In this document: positions 11,788 to 26,750 of the stretch, piece by piece | Layout of the letters: every line of letters starts with the position of its first letter | Numbering within the stretch: position 1 is the first letter of the stretch | Assembly (NCBI RefSeq): GCF_006345805.1 | Contig: NC_042998.1 | Span: forward strand, 131,316,001-131,380,000 | Direction: 5' to 3' | Source: Octopus sinensis | Lineage: Eukaryota | DNA length: 64,000 nucleotides | Position numbers and translations under genes: made by a program | Notes under the pieces: generated by a model | Database searches by the model: none | Told to the model about the DNA's origin: nothing | The model's input: only the letters and a program-made list of their open reading frames with translations

Positions 11788-13982
11788 GTTTTTCAATATA
11801 TTTTCCTTAAATACATATATATGATATAAAAAGGGAAATTTGAGAAATTATAAATTTTTTGCAACCCATTCCCTGCCCCCAATTGTTTCTGCTTAGGAAT
11901 TTAAATATTGGAGAGTGTGAGAAGATTATTGCTGGCAATTATCCACAGTGATTTTTAAAAATGACGGAAATGTACTTGCATAGCAAGTGACTTGATCTGA
12001 GATCGTGTGCTGAAACAAAAATAATTGCAGCGTGGAAGATGTTTGTAAACCATTCAAGAACATACAAAAACTGTTAGTTTCACATCAACATTAAAACATA
12101 ATTTGTGTCAAAATATGTGAAACCGCGACCTGTTCACCGGCAAAACTTCACAGAAGTGATGCAGCACGAAGTTTTGTCAGTGAACAGCATACACCTACAC
12201 ACATACACACACACATACACACACACACACACACACACCATTGTAGTATAGATTTTCCCTGTGATAGATGGAAATGTCACGGTTGGAATATTTTTTATTG
12301 TGGTCTATTCGAGACTGGTCAGGAATTAAACAAAACAGCAACATTCATATTAAAACTTCGAAGAAAATAGATTATGTTTACGATAAATTAGAATTCACAA
12401 AATTGATATCTAAAACGAAAGTGTCATTGCATGATTTAAAAAAAAAAGAAATATTAGAGAACCATCTTGCCCTCCAACCCTGGCAGTATACCAAACAGAT
12501 AATGTTCCCGTTCGTTCTGCCAAATTATTTAAAACGTTTCTCAAAGATAATGAAACATGAAACCTGAAGAAAAGTTGTTTGGCATATTCTTAAGTCAAAA
12601 CAGAATTCAAGGAATTCTAAAAGCAAGAAATCTTTATTTGCGCGATTTTGGGGAGGATTTGGTGACAATAAGATAAAAGAGATATATAAAAATAGCCAGT
12701 CAGCAAAGACCCATTCATTATTAAGTTTTCTTTGACAGTAAACATTATTATATATTTCAAATTCGGAAAGAATGAAAAATTTCGTCTAGCAACGGTAATC
12801 ATTTTTGAAAAAGAAATTATTTATGCAATTTTTTTAATCAGGGGATTTCTTCCTTACGTGAATTGATTAACGATAAGAAGCAACACACATCGGAAGGCGT
12901 GTAGTATTCTCATTCAGATTTAATGTCTCTTTAGTGAAACCACAATTCTACGTTCGCGTTGCGTTTTGTTTATACTATCGTTCAGTAGTGATTTTATTAA
13001 TTTATCGGTTTACGTTACTAATAATTGTACTGGTACCACAATCGGGAAGATCAATTTAGTTCTCTTTTAGTTTTTGCATGCTAGCTATAGCTATAGACTA
13101 TTATTTTCTTTGAATAGAAACTCATAACTGATCCTTGACGAAAGTTTTGTAAGTGTCGAAACTATTCAGATTTATCTGGAATTTTTTCTTTCGCTTTTCT
13201 TTCTTACATTTGTTTTAAAAAAAAGAAAAAGAAAAGCTGTGGTTTAACTACAATGCGCACTTTTCGCAGTCAAGTTAAATGCAGGCGTACCAAAACATGC
13301 ACTCATATGTATGTGAAATTTGTTAGTATATACTTATGCAATCATGTTTGTGAGTGTGTGTGTGTATGTGTGTGTGTGTATGTGTCAGTGTGTGTGTGTG
13401 TGTGTGTGCGCGCACATATAAATGAATAGAGGGAAACCTGCCACCATGCATTCATATATGCTTTATATAAATTCTCTAAATTGTTTCAAATTTAAAGCTG
13501 CGGTCATGCTGGGGCACCAGTGTTGGCTGTGCTACACCATTATTTGAAACCTGTTTTGATATGTGGCATTTGGTGAATGAGAGAGTTTGAAGCTGCTGCC
13601 CTCATCTGTGTTTCCTGCCGTAAGATAGGCTCATCTGGAACCCTTGATAGGAGGTGATCTAGTTTTGTTTTGAAGATACCTTTATATGCATATGAATTTC
13701 AATTCCACAACAGAGCATGATGTGGTGTCCACGCGTTTCCTAAAGTAATTGATGATATTAATGAACGCTAGTTGAAAATTATATTGAATCGTCGACTGAG
13801 TATCAAATAGGACTTGCTCTGAGAAATAAAAGAATGTTGGTAATAAATGGAATATCGAATATGTGGGGAAACAAAGTATCTAATTTACAAGAATAAGAAA
13901 TCCTGGGACCTAGATTAATGAAATCTTCGTATCTAGTATGTGTATAAATGTGTATCTATATATGTGTGTGTATGTATGTATG

Positions 13983-14510
13983 TCATTATTCAGTTTATTT
14001 CAAGATTTATTGCCAATAGATAAGGAACCAGTTTCTAACCTAGATCCGATGTTCCTTCATTGGAATTTCAAAATCAACAACAGGATATTTTTGTATGTAT
14101 GTATATATGCATGTATGTATGTATGTATGTATGTATGTATGTGGAGATTTGTATGTTTTACGTATATATTCTCATGCATATAGCTGCATTTGTAGACATG
14201 TTCATATATATTTAAATGATAAACTTCTGGAAAGTTCTGCAGACTTTTACAGTTCCAATGATGGACTGGATCTGTAGTCTTCGAATTAGCTTTCTCCTTT
14301 CTGGTTTTGAGAAGCCTAATTTCTCAAGATTGCTATTTAGGTAGTGTGCTCCAATAATTACAGGTACAAACCAGAACTTGTAATCTGGATAGAGTAACTG
14401 TAGATTTCTCAATAGTTCAGCATAGGTGTTCTCTTTTTCTCTGATCTTCAGCTTTATGTTAACATCCGCTGGGAAGCTAATTTCCACAACTGTGCACAGT
14501 TTCTCTTCTC

Positions 14511-14511
<1 letters not shown>
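13983..14511 (-). mobile_element. RLE-type (R4/Dong-like) LINE 3' fragment inside (CATA)n
   Basis: [41 protein letters not shown]..; CATA repeats at both ends; 3' UTR shared with the 16694 copy. Confidence 0.8.
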
Positions 14512-15050
<539 letters not shown>

Positions 15051-16693
15051 ACCATCCGATAGTTGTATATGATCTTATTGCTTATTATATTATATTTCCT
15101 TTAGTAAAGAAACCAACTGCATGAAAATCTATTTCTGTCAAATTAAGCAACGAGAAAGTTCTCTTTAAGCAGAACTTTTAGCTCACTTGGCTTATTCATT
15201 GACGATTGCTAGCTACGGTATCTCCACATTAATCACTTAAGCATCAAATTAAGCGAAGCTAATGGCAATCTGTACAAGCTACATTACAATGTAATTAAAA
15301 CTATCTGCATATCGGTGTACTACTTTTTATCTTCTTATTGTGTTTAATTATATATTCCTAGCATGGTTCTTTAGCATCCTTTTCCATTTCCACCAAAATG
15401 CAATCAATCTTCTGATACATATAAGCTAAACACTATTACGTCTTGGCAGAATCTCCAGCGTTTTTATTCTTTTATTTTTATGATTATATATTACTCTGAG
15501 TATAACGCCTCTCTTAGGAATAACGTATTCTTAGACGATAAATTGCTAAATCTAGAGAGATGTTTTTGAAATGAATTCGATAAGCCAAAAGTTATAAAAA
15601 TGCGCTTCTGCTCATGAGCTTCTGCAAGCAAAATTGAGATTGTGCAATGGGTGGCGGATGACACCCAAAACAACGAATTAATGTTTCGAAACTTGATGTC
15701 GGTTGGCGGTTTGTATCTTGTTTTTTCGTTAGGGAGTGAAGAAAAAGAGAGATTCGCCGCCAACCTTTAACGTCCCTTACAGACTGCTGGTCTCCTGCAC
15801 AAATAAGTGTGTAAGTAAAATATGGGCAGAAAATATGACGAACTAGAATCCGTAACTACAGAAGACACAGAGATACAACATTAATGCATTGGAAGAGAGG
15901 ATAAACCAATAAATGAGGCACTCCAACCGTGACCAGCTCGTCTTGTTTCATGTGTAGGTAGCACAAGGTTACATTAGTCAACGTCTATTTTCTTTTTGAG
16001 ACGCTAGGCTGTGGATTTACAAATATTTGGCATTTGTTTTTAAAAGATCCAGAACCACTTTTATTAGAATCACTCTCGCTCGAACACGGTAACAATGACA
16101 TTATCAATAAAACATCAAGAAGATCTTAAAAGGTTTGAGCCTCAACCAAATAGACATGTCGACACACAAAAGCGCTTGTTCACAAGTGAACATACACACG
16201 TGATCACAGCTGTGTGTTCACTAGATTTCTCTGTGTTTTGTTTGCTAGTGAGCTTCTGTTTATGTCGTGCGTGAGAAACATTCACATATATCAGTCTGTC
16301 TGTCTATATGTATTCATGTATATGCCAATGTACTCTATCGTTCTCTAGTTGTGCTTCGTTGCTCATTTTTTTCTATCAATTACAAGTATAATAGGTGATG
16401 TGATAGTAATAAGAATATGATATTACCACATTATCAATACTTATTTTGTCACATTTGTAATATCCCGATGTATGTAAAAATATGTATATGCATATGTATG
16501 TGTGTATATATGAACGCATGCACCAAAATATATGTGTACGTATGTGTACACACACGCACATACACACACACATACAAAACATACATACACGCAAAGATAT
16601 ATAATAGAGAAAAAGGTTTCTAACGTAAAACAGATGCCCTTTAATTGGAATTTAGATACCGATAACAAGGTAAATTTTACGTATGTATGTATG

Positions 16694-17478
16694 CCATTAT
16701 TCAGTTTTATTTCAAGATGCCTTGCTAATAGAGAAAGAACCTGTTTCTAACCTAGATCCAACGCCCTTTCATTGGAAAGTCACCAACATCTACAGGGTAT
16801 TTTTGCCTGTATATGTGCATATTATGCAGTATTTGGAGTCAGTGCATGCGTACGTTTGTAGCGATTGTTTTATGTATTCTCATGCATATAGTTGCATGTC
16901 TAGACATGCACACATGTATTCAAATGCTAAATTTCTGGAAAGTTTTACAAATTCTTACAATTTCAATTATGGTTTGGATCTGTAATCTTCGAATCAGTTT
17001 CTCTTTTCTGGTTTTGAGAAGCCTAATTTCTCAAGATTGGTGCTTAGACAGTGTGTTACATGTCCCAGTGCCCCAATAATTACAGCTGTAAACCTGAATA
17101 TGTAATCCTAGTTGAGCAACTGCTGATTTCTCAATAGCTCAGTATAGGTGTTTTCTGCTTCATTGATTTTCATCGTTTCGTCGACATACGCTGGGCAGCT
17201 GATTTCCGCTAATGTACACATTTTCTTTTCTCCCTCCTAAATCACTGTTTTTTCCTCTTACGTTTATATTTTATTGAAGTTTTCACTGGTACATTCCACC
17301 ATTACTCTTTCTTATTATGTGTGGCTATGATATCCACCATACTCTGGTGGCTGCCATATTTCTTTGAGTTCAGGATTATCTTTTCCGGCAGGTTACATTA
17401 TACAGTATCTTGGCTCAACAGTAGATAATACCACGATTATATTTTTGTACAACTGCTTCAATGCCTGAATGTATCTGC
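16694..17478 (-). mobile_element. Second copy of the CATA-associated RLE LINE 3' end
   Basis: WWNVPVKTSIK..LAEISCPAYVD..ENTYTELLRN; homologous to 13983-14511; ends in CATACATAC. Confidence 0.8.
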
Positions 17479-17497
17479 GTGCGAGCATGCGTGCGTG

Positions 17498-17499
<2 letters not shown>

Positions 17500-17553
<54 letters not shown>

Positions 17554-17554
17554 C

Positions 17555-17586
<32 letters not shown>

Positions 17587-17630
17587 TTGTGTGTGTGTGC
17601 GTGTGTTTGTGTGTGTGTGTGTGTGTGCGT
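17500..17630. repeat. (GT)n microsatellite
   Basis: Direct reading. Confidence 0.95.
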
Positions 17631-17659
17631 GCGCGCGCATATTCACGAAAGTGAACATG

Positions 17660-18870
17660 TCCCGATCTTGCTCAACTTCTTCAATATTTTACACATTTTG
17701 GCAGTGGTTATGGTGGTTTGTATCTGTTGATAGGGATTTTTTTTTTTCTGGTTTTGAGAAATTCATTTCTTAGGCATCAAGCTATGTCCCTAAATGCTCC
17801 AATACGCACAACTCTAGAGCTATTGTCAGAGGGAGCAGCCGAAGATTTCTCATCGGTTCGGCATTAATCGTTACGCAGTATGTTGACATTGGTTAGGTGA
17901 CTTGATTACTAGATCGAATTTTGTTTCTTGTGGTCTTTTTATGCTTACATTTTAATGGAGACCTAATAGACATCTTCCAATAGAATTTGTTATGTGTAAT
18001 TATGCCGTCAACACTACGGTAGATACGTGTTTGATATTTGTTGAGTTCATTAAGTGGCGGATATTTTACACGCTGCTGTGTCACAATTGACTTTTGCGCA
18101 GTACAACATTGAAACTGAAAAGCATCCCTGCGTCTCTTGTTGATCGGAATTTTTATAACTACCTCTGCTCCTTGATAGCAAAGACGTATCTATCTAGCTA
18201 GTATGTGATGTATCTATAACAGGATCAGGAAAGATTAGGCTTCTGGTCAATGTTCTTGGCATCCTTTACTTTGCAGAATAGGTACCCACACATCACATCC
18301 TGCTCATATGATGAATCTTTTTCCTCCAAGTTTCTACTTAAATAGGTTAGTCAAGCTATATTTGGCCGACAAGGAACAGCTGTACACACACGTTACACAT
18401 TCAGGAATTCGCCCTCTCTGAAGGCGTTATTTTTGCTCCAGAGTACCCAATTCTCCTTTTATTGTCCAGTAGTTGTTGCGTTAACGATTAGTATGCAACT
18501 CAAAGACTGTTCAGATTGACTTTATATCTTTGTCTCTATCCCTCAGAACAACATCTCCAGTCAGTTGATGCGGAAACTACCGGCATGTTTGTATCTTCCT
18601 AATCCTTAAGTCAGCTTATTGATCCTTCAATTCTTCAGTATAGTACCACAAATGTCAGTACTAACACTGACATTGCGAAAGTACCATGTGATATGATTAT
18701 ACTGAATGTAGACAACACAGACACCATAACTTCTGAAGTCTACAGAAGTATTCTTTTGTCATTTTTGATTTATTCAGGGCACTAATGTATCCATCCTTCT
18801 CCTCGATACCAGAATATTAGTAGCATTTATATTTGTATGCTTTAGGCGTGTATATAATACTGTATGAGAA
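17660..18870 (-). pseudogene. Third, older RLE LINE copy (RT thumb to RLE), highly decayed
   Basis: YKCY*YSGIEEKDGY..KEYFCRLQKLW, YVFAIKEQE, YWKMSIRSPLKCKH and VRIGAF motifs across frameshifts. Confidence 0.6.
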
Positions 18871-21556
18871 TGGTAATTCAGGTTATTTTATGAGAACATT
18901 ATATACAGCAAGGTGATTTAGGCTATTTGAGTGCCAAATGACGTGTCCTGAGTTAAATGAAGTGTTTGTGCCATGATACGAACCTCCCGTCTTTTCACTA
19001 GTTAGTCTGACATGCTATCGATTGGCCATCTGCAGTTCACTTGACTCTATATTTATGTACAAATGAAAATGTCCACTAATCGCACTTTCTTTATTCACAC
19101 CTAAACATACTCACACACACACATTCACACACACACACACACATAAACACACACACACACACACATGCATATTTATGAATGTGCGTGTGTGCACGTTGCG
19201 TGCTTTATGTGTACGTTTGTTAAGTGGGAGTGAAGGCGAGAAAATTTAACGTAATTTTGTCATAGGTTTGAAAATAATACAAAAGGTCTTCTTAAGCAGC
19301 GTCCTGTCACTGTGCATAAACAGCAGGTATACGCGGTCAAAATTAGTCTGATAGCTTGTGGTTTATTGATGTCGGACTCTTTTGTGTAGTAAGTTACTGC
19401 CCTGCGTGTCGTCACTATATATGTCAGCTATACAGAGCTACTATATCAGGTTAGACTGCACAGTTGTATTCATAAACGTCGCTTACACAATAGAATGAAA
19501 TATATTTTTAGCTTCCTGTGATCTTAAGCTCATACTAAAGTTGTAAATCTCCTTTAAAGAACTTGTGAGTCAGACAGAAACACATGTTTTCAGTAGTTAA
19601 TTATTTAGAAAAGAAGGGTAAAACTATTGTGTGTATTTTATTTACTCTTATTTTCATTCTATTTTGTCTTAATCTTTTCAAAGTTAATAAGAAAACTCTA
19701 CTCTGGAGAGTTATTAGCTTCTCGTAGTAAGTCAGTCATCTTGCAGTTACAGCCTTTCTTTCAAAAATATATCTTAATTTATAATATTTTTGTTGCTTTT
19801 TTTCTCCTTACTTTTTTGCTACTGTTTTCTGAAAATCCTCGATAGCTTGCGCAACAGGAGCCGATGAACAAATTCCAATGTATATTTCTCGACTTTTTAA
19901 TACTTGTAACAAGTGATTATTCCTTCGAATCAGCATCTTTATTGTTTTAGTGGCTGCAATTGGATATCACAAATTACAAAACGGAGGACAACGAGTAACA
20001 ATGAGGTGAACTCTTACGGAAGTCGTTTCTTCGGCTGCAAGATAAAACCAAGATAATTTGTTACATAACTTCATGTTCGTTCTAAGTTCTAATCGTTTCA
20101 ACACCAATGGTAATGGAAAAGCGAGAGCCAACATCTTGGTAGGTTTGCATCTTATTTAAGAAAACTGATACAGAGCCAACTCCAGCATTTTATCTGCTAG
20201 AAATAATAACCAAATCGCAAACAACAAGCAGTAGTCTCTTAAAATAAAAAATACCTTATAGCTGGGTAGATGATTAGAGCTGAAATGCTTCAGATCATAT
20301 GACTAAGTCAGTCAGAGCTGACACAAGTAAAACAACGCGGAAATATTTCCAATTTTCCTGTATATTATAAGGATGCTTCAGATATTTAGTGACGCCCAAG
20401 ATGCATTATGGCACAATCTTCCTCCTCCGAAGTTCCTTTGGAATTTTTAAAATATAATGATAAGAACCAGCTTTCATAGTTTTTCATAGGTGATAGATTA
20501 ATTTTTCCCCCCCAAAAAAATAACAAAAAGATTCAGAATAGATTGCCTTGGACTCATTTCCAATGACTTGCGTGACCTGAAATTTAAGTGTATTGCTAAA
20601 AATTAGAAGAAACACGTATGATGAATTGAATTACCTCCTCCTCCTTTTCATTTTTTTTATAGCATTTAAGCAGGATTTTTTCTTAAACAAACTTCCGGTA
20701 CAGAAAGCCGGTCAAAAATGAATGTCAATAATATCAAGCTGATCAAAACACTCCGGGAAAAGTTTAGGGTTTATCGAAACAGTGTTTATGAAGAGAGCAT
20801 ATTTTTATAAATTATGTCCAAAGCCATGAGGAAAATTAAATCTAACATTTAGGATTTTAACCTTCATACGTGCCTGAAGAAAAGAGATAAATGTAGCATT
20901 GAGAATGTTGGATATAAGTAGATAAGTTAACGACAAAGTCCATCACTCGTTCTTTAGCTTCTCGATGCAGCAACTGGCACCAGACATTCTTTATTACAAA
21001 TATATTCCATGCATTGGTTATATTGTAATAATTATGTTCTTTTCATTGACTATGTTGCGAAAAATCCTCTGATCTGAAAACCCGAACTGCAAACCCAGTT
21101 TTCAATTTATTTAATAACAGAATCAACTTCATGCAGGTATCGGTCCTTTTCATGCAATGAAGTTCCACTCCTCTGTGAAATTTTTAATTACTTTCTGTCA
21201 CTTTCTATCACTTATTGTCTCTTTCTCCCATATTCCTTTCTTTCACCGATCCTTCTTTTATCTTTCATATTCTGCAATACGGCACATGCGAAATGTCTAT
21301 ATTGCATAATTCTAAATCAAAGAATAGGTAACTCAGGGCTACCAGCGCTGAGAAAATTTGAGTAGAACTGGTATCGTGTGCTGTCTTCAACCTGTGTGTT
21401 ACCTACAACAATCTTCACGGCAAGAATCCTGCATCTATCATCACAAAATAGAGCACCGCTCCTTACCAATGAGTGTATGTGTGTGTGTTGTGTTTGTGTG
21501 TGTGCGTGTGTGTGAGTGTGTAATGAAATGAATTAAAATCTACTCAAAATTTCTTT

Positions 21557-21599
21557 GCCTACTAAGCAGTCGATCCGGGTTCGACTCCTGGCCTACGCA
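21557..21599 (+). pseudogene. 3' half of a tRNA-Gly(TCC)-like sequence (anticodon arm to acceptor)
   Basis: GCCTACTAAGCAGTCGATCCGGGTTCGACTCCTGGCCTACGCA resembles animal tRNA-Gly(TCC) GCCTTCCAAGCAGTTGACCCGGGTTCGATTCCCGGCCAACGCA; 5' half absent, anticodon mutated. Confidence 0.6.
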
Positions 21600-22374
21600 G
21601 GCAATAGCTTTTTATTGGCAGCGCCCCAACATGCCGCAGCTCTTTAATTCATTTCACTCATTTTCGATAATTAAATCTTTATATTGCAGATATTTCGGCG
21701 TTTAACGTCCTAGACTTAGTATAGCAAAATTACAAACACTTTGCAGCTTTGGGATTTCGCTGAGTATGGCCATCTTAGCTTTCTATTGCGAAAAGTACTA
21801 TTCTCCAAACGATTTTCAAGGCAAATATGGAATCAACAGCGTAAGAATTACTTTTACCTAAAAGCATAATCTTGCCTCCATTCAAATGAGGGAATGAAAA
21901 ACAGTATTATTAATTTTAGTTTCATCAGTTTTTTTTCCGTTGCCATATTGTCTATGTCTGGGTAAACAGATGTTTGTATGCAATCAAGAATTACTATTTT
22001 CTGCTAGAAGTACTATTTATAAGACATAGATTAACTAATAGAACTATGCTACATACGTTGAGTTGAATCAATTACTTGTCATCATAAATTGTTTTTATAG
22101 TTGATTTTCCAGCATAAAACAGCTGTCACATAGCATGGTGAAATTAATGAACTTCACTTACTGGGTTTCGCTCTGTTGTTTTAAGTCCTTCGATTGATAT
22201 CTTAAATTTTCTTCTTTTTGCAAACTTTCAAGAGAACAAAAATCTCTAAATGAATGTTTCTTTTCGTGCAAAATTTGTGCTGGTTGCACACTACGTAATT
22301 TTCCAATGGGTATATAATTCTATATGTGTGAGTGCATGTATCTATGTATGTATGTATGTATATGCACTCACGCA

Positions 22375-22458
22375 TACCACACACACACCACACACACATG
22401 TGTATCTCTCTCACTCTACCACACACACACCACACACACATGTGTATCTCTCTCACTC
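22375..22458. repeat. 42-bp perfect tandem duplication, followed by a compound TA/GAAA/GACA microsatellite to ~22640
   Basis: Direct reading. Confidence 0.85.
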
Positions 22459-22584
<126 letters not shown>

Positions 22585-22669
22585 TAGACAGACAGAGACA
22601 GAAACAGAGACAGAGACAGAGTGTGTGTGTGTGTGTGAGTGTGTATGCTTTTATAATGCTCTCAACAAG

Positions 22670-23290
22670 ACCCGGAATCTAATTGGTCCCATTTCATCTT
22701 CCATTTTCACTCCTTTACTCAATAGCTCCTATGTTATTTATGTATAATTCCTTCGTAATCCTGCAACTTAAGATGCATGCTCCAAGTATTCAATATGTCA
22801 TGTATATCATGTCACAGTATCTAACTTGTCTTTGCCATTCTGAACCATATCCATCCATCAGCTCCGAATCCATTACACTAGGAACTGCTTTCTAATGTAA
22901 CTATCACTGCTTTGATTTTCAGAGTTGTCACTGCCATTTTATGAACATTATTATTAAGGTCTACTGAAATTCATAAGAACTTCCGATTTTTACCTTAAAC
23001 TTCTCCATCAGCGTTTAGCTAGAGTGTTGCATGTGTACTTTGTAATTAAATTCTTGTAAAGCATAAAGTGAGATGAAACCACTCTTGTAGGTACCTACCA
23101 GATTTTTTTTTCCAGTTTATTAATAGCACTTTATGCAGTTCGAATGGCCATAGTGATATTCTCGCATCCAAACCTTCCCTTCAAAAAACAGTTTTCAATA
23201 GAATTTAGTTCTTATTTCAGTTCGGCATCAGTAACAACGGTCTTCTTCATACATCATTTAAGTATACAGCTTGGATTTGACCAGGATTCT
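22670..23290 (-). pseudogene. Possible very old RTE-like RT fragment
   Basis: Weak motif echoes (FLKGRFGCENITMAIR, EKFKVKIG, RYCD in place of YADD); many stops. Confidence 0.3.
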
Positions 23291-23291
23291 T

Positions 23292-23632
23292 AAAGGGTAA
23301 AATGTCCCCCTTCGGACATGAATGACCATGGGATTGCACCTAGAAAGTTACCCTCCAAGACACAAGTCCGGGCATGGTTGATTATGGAAGACCAGTAGTT
23401 ACTCATGTATACTGGGCCTCCCCTTTCCACACCACCGATGTTATCCAAGGGAAAGACAAAGGCCGATACAGCTGTGACGTAGTAATTACAGCTAAGTGAA
23501 CTGGAGCAACGTGAAATACAATGCGTTGCTCAAGAATACAACTCACAACCCAGTCTAGGAATCGAACTGACTACCTCATGATTGTGAGCCTCGACGCTCT
23601 CACCACTGAGCCATGCACCTTCTCTTTTTATT
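23292..23632 (-). mobile_element. SINE family 3, near full length
   Basis: Head TGGCTCAGTGG..GTTCGATTCC; 3' part homologous to 38985-39222. Confidence 0.8.
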
Positions 23633-24854
23633 GTCTTCTTATCACTTAGAAGCATTTCCTCTCAAATTTCAAAGCAACATTCAGAATCCTGATGTTATAT
23701 CAGAGTCAGAGCGCGAAATTTTATACCATTTATATTCAATAACATTACTGGAATATTTCATCCAAACGCAATAAAACTGTTGTTATTTCTCCCTCGTTTC
23801 CACTTTAATCATAATCTCATCAATAAAATGGCTGCTTGCTAAAACAATTCTTTGACGTAAGATTGAGGGAGAACTTGTCATTTGCTGAGGGGATCAATGA
23901 ACCATAAATTACATTAGGGTAATCACTTTTATTTTTCTAAGTAGGGTAGAGAGACGCAAATGAACCTAGGTAGTGCAATTTTATTTTATCTAAGCATTAT
24001 ACTGAGCTCCCGAGAGTGCACATCAACTGACCAGGTAGTAAGTATATGACTATAAGTTAAACAAACACGAAGAATAGACCTGAAATATACCCCATACAGA
24101 AAATTTAAAGGAATATTTATATATCTTTACATATTACATGTATAAGTGTGGTTTATTAAATATGTGTGTTTGTGCGTGTTGCACATTCTTACTACAACAA
24201 TTTTTCATGAGTTAACTGATATTCTAAATTCTGTTTTTGAGATATTATTTTTATTCCATTAACATTATTTTTTCTACAATATATTATACTCTATTAGATA
24301 CTCATACACATATACCATAAAAAACGTACATACAAACATCCGTACTCACGTGCATATACACGCAAATACACACATATGTATATATCTAAGTTAATGCGAG
24401 GATATATTAACCTCTTGAAGGGGTGATTACTTCCAAGATTACACTGGTTTTATACCTTATAAATAGGTATATATTAACTATATAATCCATATTCAATTGA
24501 AGAAAGTAGAGAGATAACGATTAATGATTAATTTATAAACATATTGATAATCATTCCTACAATTGTTTCAATTCATACTCAGTTAATAAATTATAAATTT
24601 ATGTAATAAATTTATATTTATAAATTGTGAGCAAAATATTATCAGGGAAATATAAGACATTAAAAGATTAATTGCATGTTGAAAAATTTGTTCTTTCCAG
24701 CTGGCTAAATATATGAAATTCATATATTTAGTCTGTTGGAAAAAAACAAATTATTCATCATGTAATTCTTTTATGTCTTATATTTCCCTGGTGATATTTT
24801 GCTCACAACTTATAAATGCAAATTTGTTACAAAAACCTGAACTTAGTTATTCGT

Positions 24855-25102
24855 TTACATGTTTTCAGTCATTTGACTGCGGCCATGCTGGAACACCGCC
24901 TTTTAGTCGAACATATCGACCCCAGTACTTTGTAAGCCGGGTACTTATTCTACCTGTCTCTTTTGCCGTTACACCAATATCGGTTGCTAAGCGATGGTGG
25001 GGGACAAACACAGACACACAAATATATGTATATATATATACGTAAGACTAACTTTCTCTTTATAAATGCCCTCGGCTTTGTCGTCACACACACACACACA
25101 CA

Positions 25103-25137
<35 letters not shown>

Positions 25138-25299
25138 ACTGGCTTCTTTCAGTTTCCATCTGCGAAATCCACTCACATGACTTTGATAGGCCCGAGACTA
25201 TAGTAGAGAATATTTGCCCAAGGTGCCACGCAGTGGGAGTGAACCCGGAACCTTGTGCTTAGGAAGCAAGCGTCTTACCACACAGCCACCCCTGCGCCT
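24855..25299 (-). mobile_element. SINE family 1, near full length
   Basis: Homologous to 10621-11046. Confidence 0.8.
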
Positions 25300-25400
25300 A
25301 TTGAGTATAAAAATTTGAAACACTTGTCGGAATGATTAACAATATGTTAATAAATTAACTATTACCCATTAACTCTCCATTTTCTCCTCTTAATTATATA

Positions 25401-25786
25401 TCTCTCTCTATATAAACGGCAGTTTTTCTGTGCGTGTTTCTGTGTGTCTGTTTGCTTGTACCCTCACTCTGACCACGGCTTTCAACCGATTCTGATGAAA
25501 CTTGACACACACATAGCCCAATGTCATAATTCAAAACTAACGCAGCGAAAACTTTGAAAAGTTCCCCCAGTTCTGAAAAAAATCGATAAATTCGACATGG
25601 GGTCGAGAATCAAAAAAAACAAACCACAGACTGTCTAGGGGACGCAACTCAACCTTTTTTTACTCTCAAAAAAAATTTACCATCATTTTTTTTCCATTTT
25701 TTTGCTATTTTTTGGCTATAACTCTCTAAAAATGCTTTATAGTTATTTCCCTTACAAACCTGAGCAACGCCGGGCGATACTGCTAG
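25401..25786 (+). mobile_element. Non-autonomous Helitron-like element
   Basis: A|TC start, subterminal hairpin CCTGAGCAACGCCGGG, CTAG|T end. Confidence 0.7.
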
Positions 25787-26361
25787 TAATATATATATAC
25801 ATACATACAAACATATACAAGATGGTTGAGCGAGAGAAAAGGCGAACGTTGAAATGTAATGTACCATTATTATCAAATATGTCCGTATTTAATAATGCGG
25901 TCACAGCTGTTTCTTCTAACCAGTTCTTCTTGTGGCATAAAATTCTGCTGTATTTTCTACGTTTTGCCAATTAAAGTTGTTTTTTCTTTCACTTCATTTA
26001 TTAGTCTTTTTGTCATTCGCTTTGCTTGCAATCTCACTAATTATCATATTTCTATCAATGAAAATGTTTGGCAGTGTGTCTGCTTTTACATCTGCCTCAT
26101 ATTTCTTAACAGTTTGTACTTTAATAATGTCATGGTAATATAATGTCAGTTACTGGCCATTTACATTGCACTTTTCCGAAATGGATAGCACATGCCATTT
26201 ATGTTGATGAGTTATCCCATTCAGCTGTTTTCAAGCATAGCATCAATTTCAATTTATTCTACCTTTGATTCTGCAAATTTTCAAATCATAGAAAACCATA
26301 CCAAACCTGGTTAAGATCTCACTAGATACCCAAGACGTTTAATTTCCACGGCAGACTATTG

Positions 26362-26626
26362 CGCATGGCTATGTGATTAAGAAATTCGCTTTGCAAGCAA
26401 ATGGGTTTGGGTTCAGTCACAGGGCGCGGCTCCTTGGGCAAGTGATTTCTACAATTACCCTGGGCTAAACACATCTTTGCGGGTGAATTTGGTAGTCGAA
26501 AACTCCATGGGAGCTCGTTAAATGTATATGAATATTTGACGTGTGTGTGTCGGGATGGGGCGAGTGTGTATGTGATTGTGTGTGAGTATGTGTGGTGTGT
26601 GTGTGGTGTGTGTGTGTGTGTGTGTG

Positions 26627-26699
<73 letters not shown>

Positions 26700-26750
26700 C
26701 CCTACAGCTTAACAACTGATGTTGATGTGTTCACGTCCTGTAACACAGCA
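26362..26750 (+). mobile_element. Degenerate SINE family 1 with expanded internal (GT)n
   Basis: GGGTTCAGTC..CCTTGGGCAAGTG head; tail remnant after the GT tract. Confidence 0.6.

Noticed and set aside
18651-18674. 9-bp hairpin AATGTCAGT/ACTGACATT
   Set aside because: Short, inside a decayed LINE; plausibly chance or a micro-inversion
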